Made by a program: the position numbers and the translations under genes. DNA of 20,000 nt from an uncultured virus (IMG/VR IMGVR_UViG_3300027976_000026) (lineage: Duplodnaviria; Heunggongvirae; Uroviricota; Caudoviricetes; Straboviridae), in IMG/VR virus record IMGVR_UViG_3300027976_000026. One strand, given 5' to 3'. Within the stretch, counting starts at the first letter, position 1; every line of letters starts with the position of its first letter. Below the pieces are notes generated by a model. That model saw only the letters and a list, made by a program, of their open reading frames with translations, was not told the DNA's origin and ran no database searches. Positions 1 through 7,627 of the stretch are shown here, piece after piece.

Positions 1-354
1 AAACATGCTGCAATAGCTGGATCTTTATTAGGTGCTGGAATGATTGGAAATCAATTATCTGCCGCTCCACAAGCTTCTGTTTCAAGAGGAGTTCAGGCTG
101 ATAAAATAAGTGCCCCATCTGTACGTGGACAATTGCCTAAAGGCAAATACACGAGAGAGATGGGAGGTAATTATGTAAATAATAGAACTGGAGTGGAATT
201 TGATAAGCATCAAAACCCAGCAGGCGGCACTTATTCTAATGATGGAAATTCTTGGACTTCCCCAAATGCCAATACTTTCTTTAAGGCAGGCGGCACTTAT
301 TCTAAGGATGGAAATTCTTGGACTTCCCCAAATGCCAATACTTTCTTTAAGTAA
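1..354 (+). CDS. Hypothetical protein, 5'-truncated by the window edge, with a C-terminal 22-aa tandem duplication
   Basis: Frame 1 is open from base 1 (KHAAIAGSLLGAGMIG...) to TAA at 352-354. Confidence 0.6.
   Translation, partial: KHAAIAGSLLGAGMIGNQLSAAPQASVSRGVQADKISAPSVRGQLPKGKYTREMGGNYVNNRTGVEFDKHQNPAGGTYSNDGNSWTSPNANTFFKAGGTYSKDGNSWTSPNANTFFK
220..351 (+). repeat. 66-bp tandem duplication (2 copies, 1 mismatch)
   Basis: 220-285 and 286-351 both encode AGGTYS(N/K)DGNSWTSPNANTFFK. Confidence 0.95.
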
Positions 355-359
355 TCATC

Positions 360-560
360 TCAAAATCCCTCTTTTTTCCAATCAGTCTTAGTTGATTGAT
401 CGTTTTTAGAATTACGCACATTTTCCAAATATTTTTCCAAAAAGGCACTCAATCTTGGTTGGTCCCATGTTATGGATTGAGAATTAGAGAGCATTAGTTT
501 TGGATAAATGTGTTTGATAAGCGAAATTGAAATTCGTTTAAATTGAGCTGTTGTAGACAT
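360..560 (-). CDS. Hypothetical protein (66 aa)
   Basis: ORF with GGAG RBS upstream of the ATG. Confidence 0.55.
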   Translation of the reverse strand: MSTTAQFKRISISLIKHIYPKLMLSNSQSITWDQPRLSAFLEKYLENVRNSKNDQSTKTDWKKEGF

Positions 561-571
561 AGTTCTCCAAT

Positions 572-599
572 AAAAAACTGCCTCCTAAGAGGCAGTTTT
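572..599. terminator. Rho-independent terminator (likely bidirectional)
   Basis: aaaactgcctc-ctaa-gaggcagtttt hairpin with A/T tracts on both sides. Confidence 0.75.
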
Positions 600-603
600 G
601 TGT

Positions 604-771
604 TTATCTAACTTTTTGCTTAAGTTCTGTAAGTTCATTCTTAAGTCTTTGATTTTCGCTTTCCAAGGCACCAATACCTTTGATGACTCGATTCATGAAA
701 ATCTTATCGCCATCATATGTGTTTGTTGCGATTCTTCTTAGTTCTTGTAGATCAGCGGTTGATACAGCCAT
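604..771 (-). CDS. Small coiled-coil protein (55 aa), not in the ORF track
   Basis: MAVSTADLQELRRIATNTYDGDKIFMNRVIKGIGALESENQRLKNELTELKQKVR*; AAGGGAGG RBS; terminator immediately downstream. Confidence 0.75.
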   Translation of the reverse strand: MAVSTADLQELRRIATNTYDGDKIFMNRVIKGIGALESENQRLKNELTELKQKVR

Positions 772-813
772 TTTGGGCCTCCCTTAATTGTTACCTATAA
801 TATAGTAGTGTGG

Positions 814-1479
814 TTAATACAAACTTTTGACATATCTTTTCCAAGCTTCGTACTGCCAAAAGACATAATCTTCATGATTACCTCCATACCATCCACAGGC
901 AAAAGGAGCGTGAGACTCAACTAAAGCGATTCTGCCATCTTGTAATCGTCCAAAATCGGCAGCGGCATTGAAATTTTCAGGCCAGTGGATGTTTAATTCT
1001 GGAGCAGGTTCTTCCTCGTCGCAACCATCGTACCAGCCTGTAGTAACTAATACGCCGCCAGCAATGTAATATCGCCATTCTTGAACGAATTCAACAGGTT
1101 TAGAATAGTAGTAAAAGTCATAAGGAATTGGTTCATTCCATTCAACGACTCTTGATTGAAAATCAGATTTCCATTCATTTGCTTTTTTTAGGAACAACCG
1201 ATGTCTTTTGATCGGAGAATCTGGTTGATATCCTTCTACTGCGCCGAATGTTGAATATCCGATTTCTCTGTGTCTGAAGTCTTTAAGAAATTCTGGATAG
1301 AAATCGATTGGACCTTCTATTTCGGGTAATACCGTTTCACAAAATTCAACAGTGCCAATTGGTATACAATCTTGATCACAGGTTTTTCCTGTTGTAAACT
1401 CATAGCCTAATTTGTGTGCGGCTGAAAATACAGCTATTTTTTCTCTTGTTGAATCTCCTGATTGCAAACAGAATCGCAT
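814..1479 (-). CDS. ATP-grasp domain protein (DUF4343 / R2K-like)
   Basis: Motifs PIGTVEF, FLK, FVQEWRYYI, ADFG, LVESHAPFACGWYG. Confidence 0.75.
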   Translation of the reverse strand: MRFCLQSGDSTREKIAVFSAAHKLGYEFTTGKTCDQDCIPIGTVEFCETVLPEIEGPIDFYPEFLKDFRHREIGYSTFGAVEGYQPDSPIKRHRLFLKKANEWKSDFQSRVVEWNEPIPYDFYYYSKPVEFVQEWRYYIAGGVLVTTGWYDGCDEEEPAPELNIHWPENFNAAADFGRLQDGRIALVESHAPFACGWYGGNHEDYVFWQYEAWKRYVKSLY

Positions 1480-1613
1480 ATGTTCTCTTTTTTATAAGGG
1501 CAGTGTCGGCAATTATTTTTGCAACAATATTTACGACGTAATAAAAACTGAGATGTAAAGACCCACCGACCGTCTTCAATATAGTAATCTCCCGATTCCA
1601 TTTTAGAAGCCAT
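1434..1613 (-). CDS. Small Cys-rich protein (DUF5522-like)
   Basis: DYYIEDGRWVFT..FLLRRKYCCKNNCRHCPY motif; GGAG RBS before the ATG at 1613. Confidence 0.75.
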   Translation of the reverse strand: MASKMESGDYYIEDGRWVFTSQFLLRRKYCCKNNCRHCPYKKENICDSVCNQEIQQEKK

Positions 1614-1869
1614 CTTCACTCCAGTTAAGATCCAAATTGTTGGCTTTTTTCTCTTTGGTTGTTCTCTCTTTGTAAAGATCTTTGTAATTATCTTGTGGAT
1701 ACTCATACATTCTTTGTAATGGCGGAGGAACTTGCACGAGCTTTGGTTCTTCAGGATAAGTCAAATACGGTTGTCCAAAAGACACTGATACATGACATGG
1801 AACATTTTCTGCAATTCCAATTGGAACATGTAAATTCAGATTGAAACTAAATGTAGCATAATCGCTCAT
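1603..1869 (-). CDS. Hypothetical protein (88 aa)
   Basis: ORF overlapping both neighbours in a minus-strand operon; AAGGA RBS. Confidence 0.6.
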   Translation of the reverse strand: MSDYATFSFNLNLHVPIGIAENVPCHVSVSFGQPYLTYPEEPKLVQVPPPLQRMYEYPQDNYKDLYKERTTKEKKANNLDLNWSEDGF

Positions 1870-2048
1870 TGCAATGACTTCCTTCTTGCTGCGTCTAAAA
1901 CTTTTTCCATAAATTCCAATAGATCAGTTTTAGAACTCGTGTAAATAAGTATTACTCAGGCTTTTAATTTTCCAACACAATCTTTCCCAAATAAATCTTT
2001 GTTAATAAGTTTGGCACATTCTTGTTTTAATCGATGAATTTCTGTCAT
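1866..2048 (-). pseudogene. 61-codon frame with an in-frame TGA at codon 31
   Basis: MTEIHRLKQECAKLINKDLFGKDCVGKLKA*VILIYTSSKTDLLEFMEKVLDAARRKSLQ*; the final TGA overlaps the next ATG (ATGA). Confidence 0.45.
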
Positions 2049-2066
2049 TTATGTGCATGGTGATCA

Positions 2067-2095
2067 AGAATACAAAAAAATCGTTTTTAGGTCAA
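2067..2095 (-). promoter_or_regulatory. sigma70-type promoter
   Basis: TTGACC-17 nt-TATTCT upstream of the ATG at 2048. Confidence 0.55.
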
Positions 2096-2116
2096 TGCAA
2101 GAATACATACAGTATT

Positions 2117-2770
2117 ATGGAACAGCAAAAGGAAATTTTCAAACCCGGTCCACTTTACGAAAAACGATTTGAAATTGTGAACACAATTAAGCAAGACATG
2201 AGATCTGGTGATATTCTATATCGTTACAGTGATGCAAAAGGTCCTCTAGGATTGCCTTTCACTAGAATTGTTTCCAACATTACCAAGAGCGAATATTCAC
2301 ATGCAGCAACTTTGTTTGTGGAAAATGGCGAACCACACGTACTTGAAATCAATGATCAGGGCACGCTTAGATATAGATTGTTAGATTGGATCGACACTTG
2401 TTATGGAAAGAATTTTTCTGTTTATCGTCTTCAGGACTTAGATGAACAAAAAGAAGCAATGTTGTTGGAGAAGATATATAAGATTCTCAACGAAGACCCG
2501 GATTACGATTTTACTTTTTCTGATGACAACAAATACTATTGCACAGAATCTGTAGCTGTAATTTACAAAGAGGCACTCGGAGTGGATCTTCCATCATATT
2601 TCATCAAAGAAGTAGTATCAACTAGGCTTTACTATGTGTTGCGAATTGGCATATTTATGTTCAGCTTTTTTGGAACATCTTTACCGTTTAACAAGAAGAT
2701 GTATTTTGTTGGAAACGAACAACAAGGAATGATATCCTCTCAACTCACAAGACAGGTAATCAAGATATGA
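2117..2770 (+). CDS. Permuted papain-like amidase (YiiX/YebB, NlpC/P60 superfamily)
   Basis: GDIL, SEYSHAA (His) and YDF...YYCTESV (Cys) in permuted order; start chosen at ATG 2117. Confidence 0.85.
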   Translation: MEQQKEIFKPGPLYEKRFEIVNTIKQDMRSGDILYRYSDAKGPLGLPFTRIVSNITKSEYSHAATLFVENGEPHVLEINDQGTLRYRLLDWIDTCYGKNFSVYRLQDLDEQKEAMLLEKIYKILNEDPDYDFTFSDDNKYYCTESVAVIYKEALGVDLPSYFIKEVVSTRLYYVLRIGIFMFSFFGTSLPFNKKMYFVGNEQQGMISSQLTRQVIKI

Positions 2771-3363
2771 ATTTTAAACAATGGTTTGAATCTGAAGATT
2801 GGAATGCCAAGTATCAGAATATAGAGCCAAAACTACTTAACAGTCCAATAATTCAAAAAGAGTTAAATGATCTAGGCATGGTTCGTTTTAGCACAGTCCA
2901 TAGTGTTTTAGGGCTGCCAGAGGGTGATGCTAATTTCTTTGTTCGTGAATTCAACAAACGACATCAAAACCAACAACAACAATTAGCACACAATCAACAA
3001 CAAGACGCTGCATGGATGAAAGAAAGACAAGATGAATTTTATTATCATGTTCTTCCTTCCAACAGATTAAAATCTGTCATAAAAAATGGATTGCTACCGA
3101 ACCAACAAGCTGTTTTCACAAATTACACCAATCACAGCAAAGGAAGAATTTTTCTTTGCGAAAAAGAAGGCATTAACTTTTGGAAAGGTCAAATCGAACA
3201 ACATCTTTTCCACAATGGGCAAAAGGAAAAATTGGCAGTTATAAGAATCAGAAAAGATCTTGTTAAAGTTGAACCAGATCCAGTTGGAACACAAGATTCT
3301 AAAACGCCATCATACTATGCAGCAACTCCAGTCCCTCCACAAAACATTGAAGTCGTAAAGTGA
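2767..3363 (+). CDS. Putative ADP-ribosyltransferase-fold protein (Tpt1/KptA- or DarT-like C-terminal domain)
   Basis: FYYHV..NRLKSVIKNGLLP...RIFL...VPPQNIE pattern typical of ART-fold phage proteins. Confidence 0.55.
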   Translation: MNFKQWFESEDWNAKYQNIEPKLLNSPIIQKELNDLGMVRFSTVHSVLGLPEGDANFFVREFNKRHQNQQQQLAHNQQQDAAWMKERQDEFYYHVLPSNRLKSVIKNGLLPNQQAVFTNYTNHSKGRIFLCEKEGINFWKGQIEQHLFHNGQKEKLAVIRIRKDLVKVEPDPVGTQDSKTPSYYAATPVPPQNIEVVK

Positions 3364-3431
3364 ACTACCCACGACCCTAAAGGGTTTCTAACATTTGCCT
3401 TAAAATATATGTAAATCTAGGCAAATGTCAA
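3360..3431 (-). mobile_element. Miniature IS200/IS605 derivative (left-end hairpin plus right end, no ORF)
   Basis: Minus strand ends TTTAGGGTCGTGGGTAGTTCAC, similar to the TnpB right end at 19091-19111; preceded by an acatttgcct/aggcaaatgt hairpin and TTTAC. Confidence 0.7.
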
Positions 3432-3491
3432 GTAAAACGGTGTGGTCCGGATTGTATCGAAAAACAGTACAGTCAACACACTATATAAGTT

Positions 3492-3761
3492 ATGGCAGCA
3501 ATAACAAACTTATCAGATTTAATCAATCGCACAACTGGTGGCAATAACGGTGCAACAGCAGGTGAGTTTGGGATTACTGTTGGACGACCGTTAATTGTAA
3601 TTCCTTTGTCTCTTTCTGGCTGTGGTAGCGTTAGAGATTTAATTGCTGGATTGCCGGGAATTATAGAGATAGTAGACAATTCTTGTATTAGCTTTATCTG
3701 GTTGAGCAACGCAGGCACTGCCCCACAAATATATGGCTCTTTTCACACGGTGGAGAAATAA
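3492..3761 (+). CDS. Hypothetical phage protein (89 aa), possibly internally deleted
   Basis: ORF whose stop is coupled (TAATG) to the propeller gene. Confidence 0.65.
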   Translation: MAAITNLSDLINRTTGGNNGATAGEFGITVGRPLIVIPLSLSGCGSVRDLIAGLPGIIEIVDNSCISFIWLSNAGTAPQIYGSFHTVEK

Positions 3762-6022
3762 TGACGGCTACTGGTGGTATTGTTTGTGGTTCTTCTGCAA
3801 TTGTTGAAATCAGAAGCAACAGAACTGCTACTGGCGGAAGCATTGTTGGCACAACAAAATTCGATGCACTAAGCCAGACTACTAGAAATTGGTATGGCAT
3901 GACTACCGCTCGAAACGGCAATGTTTATGCTGGTGTCAATGGCGGTGACATCTATATGCAGACTGGCGGAGTAGGCAACTTCGTTGCACTAAGCCAGACT
4001 TCGAGAGATTGGTATGGCATGACTACCTCTCGAAACGGCAATGTTTACGCTTGTGTCCATGGCGGCAATATCTTTATGCAGACTGGTGGAGTAGGGAACT
4101 TCGTTACGCTTAGTCAGACTGTTAGAGCTTATCGTGGCATGACTACCGCTCCAAACGGCAATGTTTATGCTAGTGTCAAAAACAGCGGCATCTTAATGCA
4201 GACTGGTGGAGTAGGGAACTTCGTAACGCTTGCCCAGACTGCGAGAGATTGGTCTGGCATGGCTGCCGCTCCAAACGGTAATGTTTACGCTTGTGTCCAT
4301 TTCGGTGATATCTATATGCAGACGAATGGAACAGGGAACTTCGTTGGGCTTGGCCAGACTTCGAGAATTTGGGTTGGAATCACTGCCGCTCCAAACGGCA
4401 ATGTTTATGCTTGTGTCAGTAACGGCGATATTTATATGCAGACTGGCGGAACAGGAAACTTCGTTGCACTAAGCCAGACTGCTAGAGATTGGATTCACAT
4501 TACTATCGCTCAAAACGGCAATATTTATGCTTGTGTCTATGGCGGTGATATTTTTATGCAGACGAATTCCGATTCTGCAATCAATAGAATCAGAAGCAGC
4601 AACACTGGTACTGGCGGAGTTAGATGCGGATCTTCAGCAACTGTTAGAATTAGAAGTAACAGAGTTGCTACTGGTGGAGTTTTTGTTATTCCCATAAAAT
4701 TCGATGCACTAAGCCAGACTTCAAGAGATTGGCGTGGCATGACTACCGCTCCAAACGGTAATGTTTACGCTTGTGTCTTTGACGGCAGTATCTTTATGCA
4801 GACGAATGGAACAGGGAACTTCGTTACGCTTAGTCAGACTGCTAGGGAGTGGCGTTTCATGACTACCGCCGCCAACGGTAATGTTTATGCTAGTGTCAGT
4901 AACGGCAGTATTTTTATGCAGACTGGTGGAGTAGGGAACTTCGTTACGCTTAGCCAGACTACTAGAAATTGGGCTGGCATGACTGCCACTGTAAACGGCA
5001 ATGTTTATGCTGCGGTCGCTAACAACAGTATCTTTATGCAGACTGGTGGAGTAGGGAACTTCGTTACGCTTAGCCAAACTTCGAGGCAGTGGAATGGCAT
5101 GACTACCGCTCCAAACGGCAATGTTTACGCTAGTGTTATTGACGGCGACATCTATATGCAGACTGGCGGAGTAGGGAACTTCGTTGCACTAAGCCAGACT
5201 ACTAGAGCTTGGCGTAGCATGACTACCACTCCAAACGGCAATGTTTATGCTTGTGTTTGGAACGGCGACATCTATATGCAGACTGGCGGAGTAGGGAACT
5301 TCGTTGCACTAAGCCAGACTACTAGAGGTTGGATTGGCATGACTGCCACTGCAAACGGCAATGTTTACGGCGGTGTCCAAAATGCCGATATTTTCATGCA
5401 GGCAAATTCCGATTCTGCAATCAATAGAATCGTAAGTAGCAACACTGGTACTGGCGGAATTGTTTGTGGCGGCATAGCTCTTAATTCAGAAAGAGAATTA
5501 GTCCTTGCTGGTGGTGGAATTGTTTGTGGCTCTTCAGCAATTGTTGGAATTAGAAGTAACAACACGGCTAGTGGCGGAGTTGTTGTTGGCTCTTCAGCAA
5601 TTGTTGCAATCAGAAGTAACAGAACTGCTAGTGGTGGAGTTGTTCTTGGCTCTTCTGTCAACACTGCTAATGGTGGAGTTGTTGTTGGTTCTTCTGCAAT
5701 AATTTCAGGAAGCGGCGCAATTGTTGGAAGCGGTGGCGTTGTCTGTGGTTCTAACGTTTCAGAAATTAAGATGAACAACAAAGTCTATATTCGAGATCTA
5801 ATTGCTGGCGACAATGTTTTCTTTTTGCAACACACAAAATTGACTGCCGCAGTTGTGCAAGAAGTAATTATTAGTTCTTTAGACATCTTCTATGTCATTA
5901 AAAAAGCAAAGACATCAAAATGGACTGTTGGTCAATCGATGTCTTTGCTTGTTCACGAATCAAAAGTTATCCCTGCTGACAATCAAGAAAGCTATGTTTT
6001 AGCTCAAAAGATTTTCTACTAG
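3761..6022 (+). CDS. Repeat protein with two six-bladed beta-propellers and Gly-rich 20-aa repeats; putative virion or receptor-binding protein
   Basis: 12 x 40-aa repeats (F.ALSQT.R.W.GMT.APNGNVYA.V..GDI.MQTGG.GN) arranged 6+6; GGVVCGSSAIV.IRSN repeats. Confidence 0.75.
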   Translation: MTATGGIVCGSSAIVEIRSNRTATGGSIVGTTKFDALSQTTRNWYGMTTARNGNVYAGVNGGDIYMQTGGVGNFVALSQTSRDWYGMTTSRNGNVYACVHGGNIFMQTGGVGNFVTLSQTVRAYRGMTTAPNGNVYASVKNSGILMQTGGVGNFVTLAQTARDWSGMAAAPNGNVYACVHFGDIYMQTNGTGNFVGLGQTSRIWVGITAAPNGNVYACVSNGDIYMQTGGTGNFVALSQTARDWIHITIAQNGNIYACVYGGDIFMQTNSDSAINRIRSSNTGTGGVRCGSSATVRIRSNRVATGGVFVIPIKFDALSQTSRDWRGMTTAPNGNVYACVFDGSIFMQTNGTGNFVTLSQTAREWRFMTTAANGNVYASVSNGSIFMQTGGVGNFVTLSQTTRNWAGMTATVNGNVYAAVANNSIFMQTGGVGNFVTLSQTSRQWNGMTTAPNGNVYASVIDGDIYMQTGGVGNFVALSQTTRAWRSMTTTPNGNVYACVWNGDIYMQTGGVGNFVALSQTTRGWIGMTATANGNVYGGVQNADIFMQANSDSAINRIVSSNTGTGGIVCGGIALNSERELVLAGGGIVCGSSAIVGIRSNNTASGGVVVGSSAIVAIRSNRTASGGVVLGSSVNTANGGVVVGSSAIISGSGAIVGSGGVVCGSNVSEIKMNNKVYIRDLIAGDNVFFLQHTKLTAAVVQEVIISSLDIFYVIKKAKTSKWTVGQSMSLLVHESKVIPADNQESYVLAQKIFY
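3856..5460 (+). repeat. 120-bp tandem repeats nested in an 840-bp higher-order duplication
   Basis: aaattcgatgcactaagccagact recurs 840 bp apart (about 3857 and 4697); six 120-bp blades plus a 120-bp linker per unit. Confidence 0.95.
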
Positions 6023-6064
6023 GACTATAGAGTTTCTGATGCTTTTTCCTATATAAGCCGATAA

Positions 6065-6487
6065 TCAGCAATCTTCTGTGGTTTGATATGGACTCAAACT
6101 TCTGTCAATCAAATCTTGAGTGCCAGCCAACAGTGGAGAAGGCAAGTTGTCCCAAGAGAACCATTCCCAACACTGACACTTGTTGGGTTCCATTACTTTT
6201 GCTTCTCCAGAGATCCAATTAGCTTTCATAAAAACCACAACATAGTGTTTTTTATCTCCATAAACTGTATTGGATATAGTCCATAATTCTGGAATAGTTG
6301 TGATTATAGATCCTGCTTCTTCTGCAAGTTCACGCAGAGCAGCTTCTTCAAATGTTTCTCCAAATTCCAAATGACCACCGGGGAAAGCCCAAGAATCATG
6401 AAAGCTTCCGCCTTTACGTTTGTGAAAAAGAATTTTTCCATCTCTTATTATGCACAAACATACTCCAACTTTTGGTTTTTTAGTCAT
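6065..6487 (-). CDS. NUDIX hydrolase (NUDT15/MTH2-like)
   Basis: Nudix box GGHLEFGETFEEAALRELAEEAG; MEPNKCQCWEWF. Confidence 0.92.
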   Translation of the reverse strand: MTKKPKVGVCLCIIRDGKILFHKRKGGSFHDSWAFPGGHLEFGETFEEAALRELAEEAGSIITTIPELWTISNTVYGDKKHYVVVFMKANWISGEAKVMEPNKCQCWEWFSWDNLPSPLLAGTQDLIDRSLSPYQTTEDC

Positions 6488-6921
6488 TTATTTTCTTCTT
6501 GAATTTTTAGATTGCCGATTGTGCAATGAAAATACTTTTTGAATCCCTTTGGAGGCAAAGTGTACTTACTGTGAAATGGCAAGCCTAGTTCTTGACGAAT
6601 GTCTTCCAGTCTTTTGCAGAAAACATCGATCCAGTAGTAAACTTCGCCATGATCAATATAGGGGCTGTAAATAAAATTTACAGCTTCGCCATCGTATTTC
6701 CACCAATGTTCCTTGTGAACAGGGGTTTCTTTTTCTTGTCGAACAACCGTGACATGTGCAGACCAGCGAGGACGTTGACACGGCATCCACTTTGGAATCA
6801 AGCTGCGGTAGTAATCCGCTAAATCTTGTTCCACTCGTAGAACCAATCTCCAGTCCTTACTGTATTGCAAAGTTCCAGTTGATTGAAAGAAATCAGTCAT
6901 TTGAGTTAAATGACTCCTCAT
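6484..6921 (-). CDS. 2H phosphoesterase family protein
   Basis: Two HxT motifs: AHVTVV and FHCTIG; exact start uncertain. Confidence 0.75.
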   Translation of the reverse strand: MRSHLTQMTDFFQSTGTLQYSKDWRLVLRVEQDLADYYRSLIPKWMPCQRPRWSAHVTVVRQEKETPVHKEHWWKYDGEAVNFIYSPYIDHGEVYYWIDVFCKRLEDIRQELGLPFHSKYTLPPKGFKKYFHCTIGNLKIQEENK

Positions 6922-7075
6922 CTTCTATTCTAAATTCTTCGCAAACACGTTCAGCCTCTTTTGCAATCTTTGAATCCATTAGAGCACAGATGGCGTAATT
7001 TGCTAAATTACGTTTAATATCATTTGTTTCTTCAATGGTCCATGCCCAAGTATGGGACAAAATTGATTCAATCAT
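6893..7075 (-). CDS. Hypothetical protein (60 aa)
   Basis: ORF with GGAG RBS, co-oriented with and overlapping the 2H gene. Confidence 0.6.
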   Translation of the reverse strand: MIESILSHTWAWTIEETNDIKRNLANYAICALMDSKIAKEAERVCEEFRIEDEESFNSND

Positions 7076-7140
7076 CGTGTCTCTCCGTTCATAATCATAA
7101 ATACAATATCTAACATGTAGTATTGCTACAAGGATATTGT

Positions 7141-7284
7141 ATGAATAAAGATTGGTTTGTCAATAAGGTGTTGAACTTCAAAACTTGGTTATTTGGACTT
7201 GGAGTCGGCGGATTTGGCATAGCACTGTGGTGGATCATAAAGATTTTGATCTGTGCTTTCAGTGGAATTTGCTTGCTTCCTTAG
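7141..7284 (+). CDS. Small membrane protein (47 aa), not in the ORF track
   Basis: MNKDWFVNKVLNFKTWLFGLGVGGFGIALWWIIKILICAFSGICLLP*; AAGGA RBS. Confidence 0.6.
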   Translation: MNKDWFVNKVLNFKTWLFGLGVGGFGIALWWIIKILICAFSGICLLP

Positions 7285-7290
7285 ACTTAA

Positions 7291-7319
7291 ATCGTACTTT
7301 TAATCATTATCTATGTCAA
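7291..7319 (-). promoter_or_regulatory. sigma70-type promoter
   Basis: TTGACA-17 nt-TACGAT on the minus strand. Confidence 0.45.
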
Positions 7320-7360
7320 TCTGAATTTCAGTTCTAAACTGAGGATGATAACTACAGATT

Positions 7361-7627
7361 ATGATGAACTTTTATCAATTCTGGGACAAGCTCAATGGAA
7401 AACCTTACGAAGACGGTGTTCCAGCACCAGTTTCTTACGATATTCCACAAATTGGATCTGAAAGCAGCTATGAATTGAAGCCTTTGACTCCAGACGACAT
7501 GAGTCAGGCTTCTGCTGAAGAAGTTGCTGCAAATTACGTAAAATTACACAAAGGAAAGAACCCTTGTGCATTAGGAAAACAAATGACTGATGATGATCTC
7601 AAGAAGTTTTATGGTCAAACTTGGTAA
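7361..7627 (+). CDS. Hypothetical protein (88 aa)
   Basis: ORF with GAGGA upstream. Confidence 0.65.
   Translation: MMNFYQFWDKLNGKPYEDGVPAPVSYDIPQIGSESSYELKPLTPDDMSQASAEEVAANYVKLHKGKNPCALGKQMTDDDLKKFYGQTW

Noticed and set aside
3856..5460. Regularly spaced repeats as a CRISPR array
   Set aside because: The units are contiguous, in-frame 120-bp coding repeats with no unique spacers
4230..5781. Alternative-frame and antisense ORFs within the propeller gene
   Set aside because: Shadow ORFs produced by repetitive, codon-biased sequence
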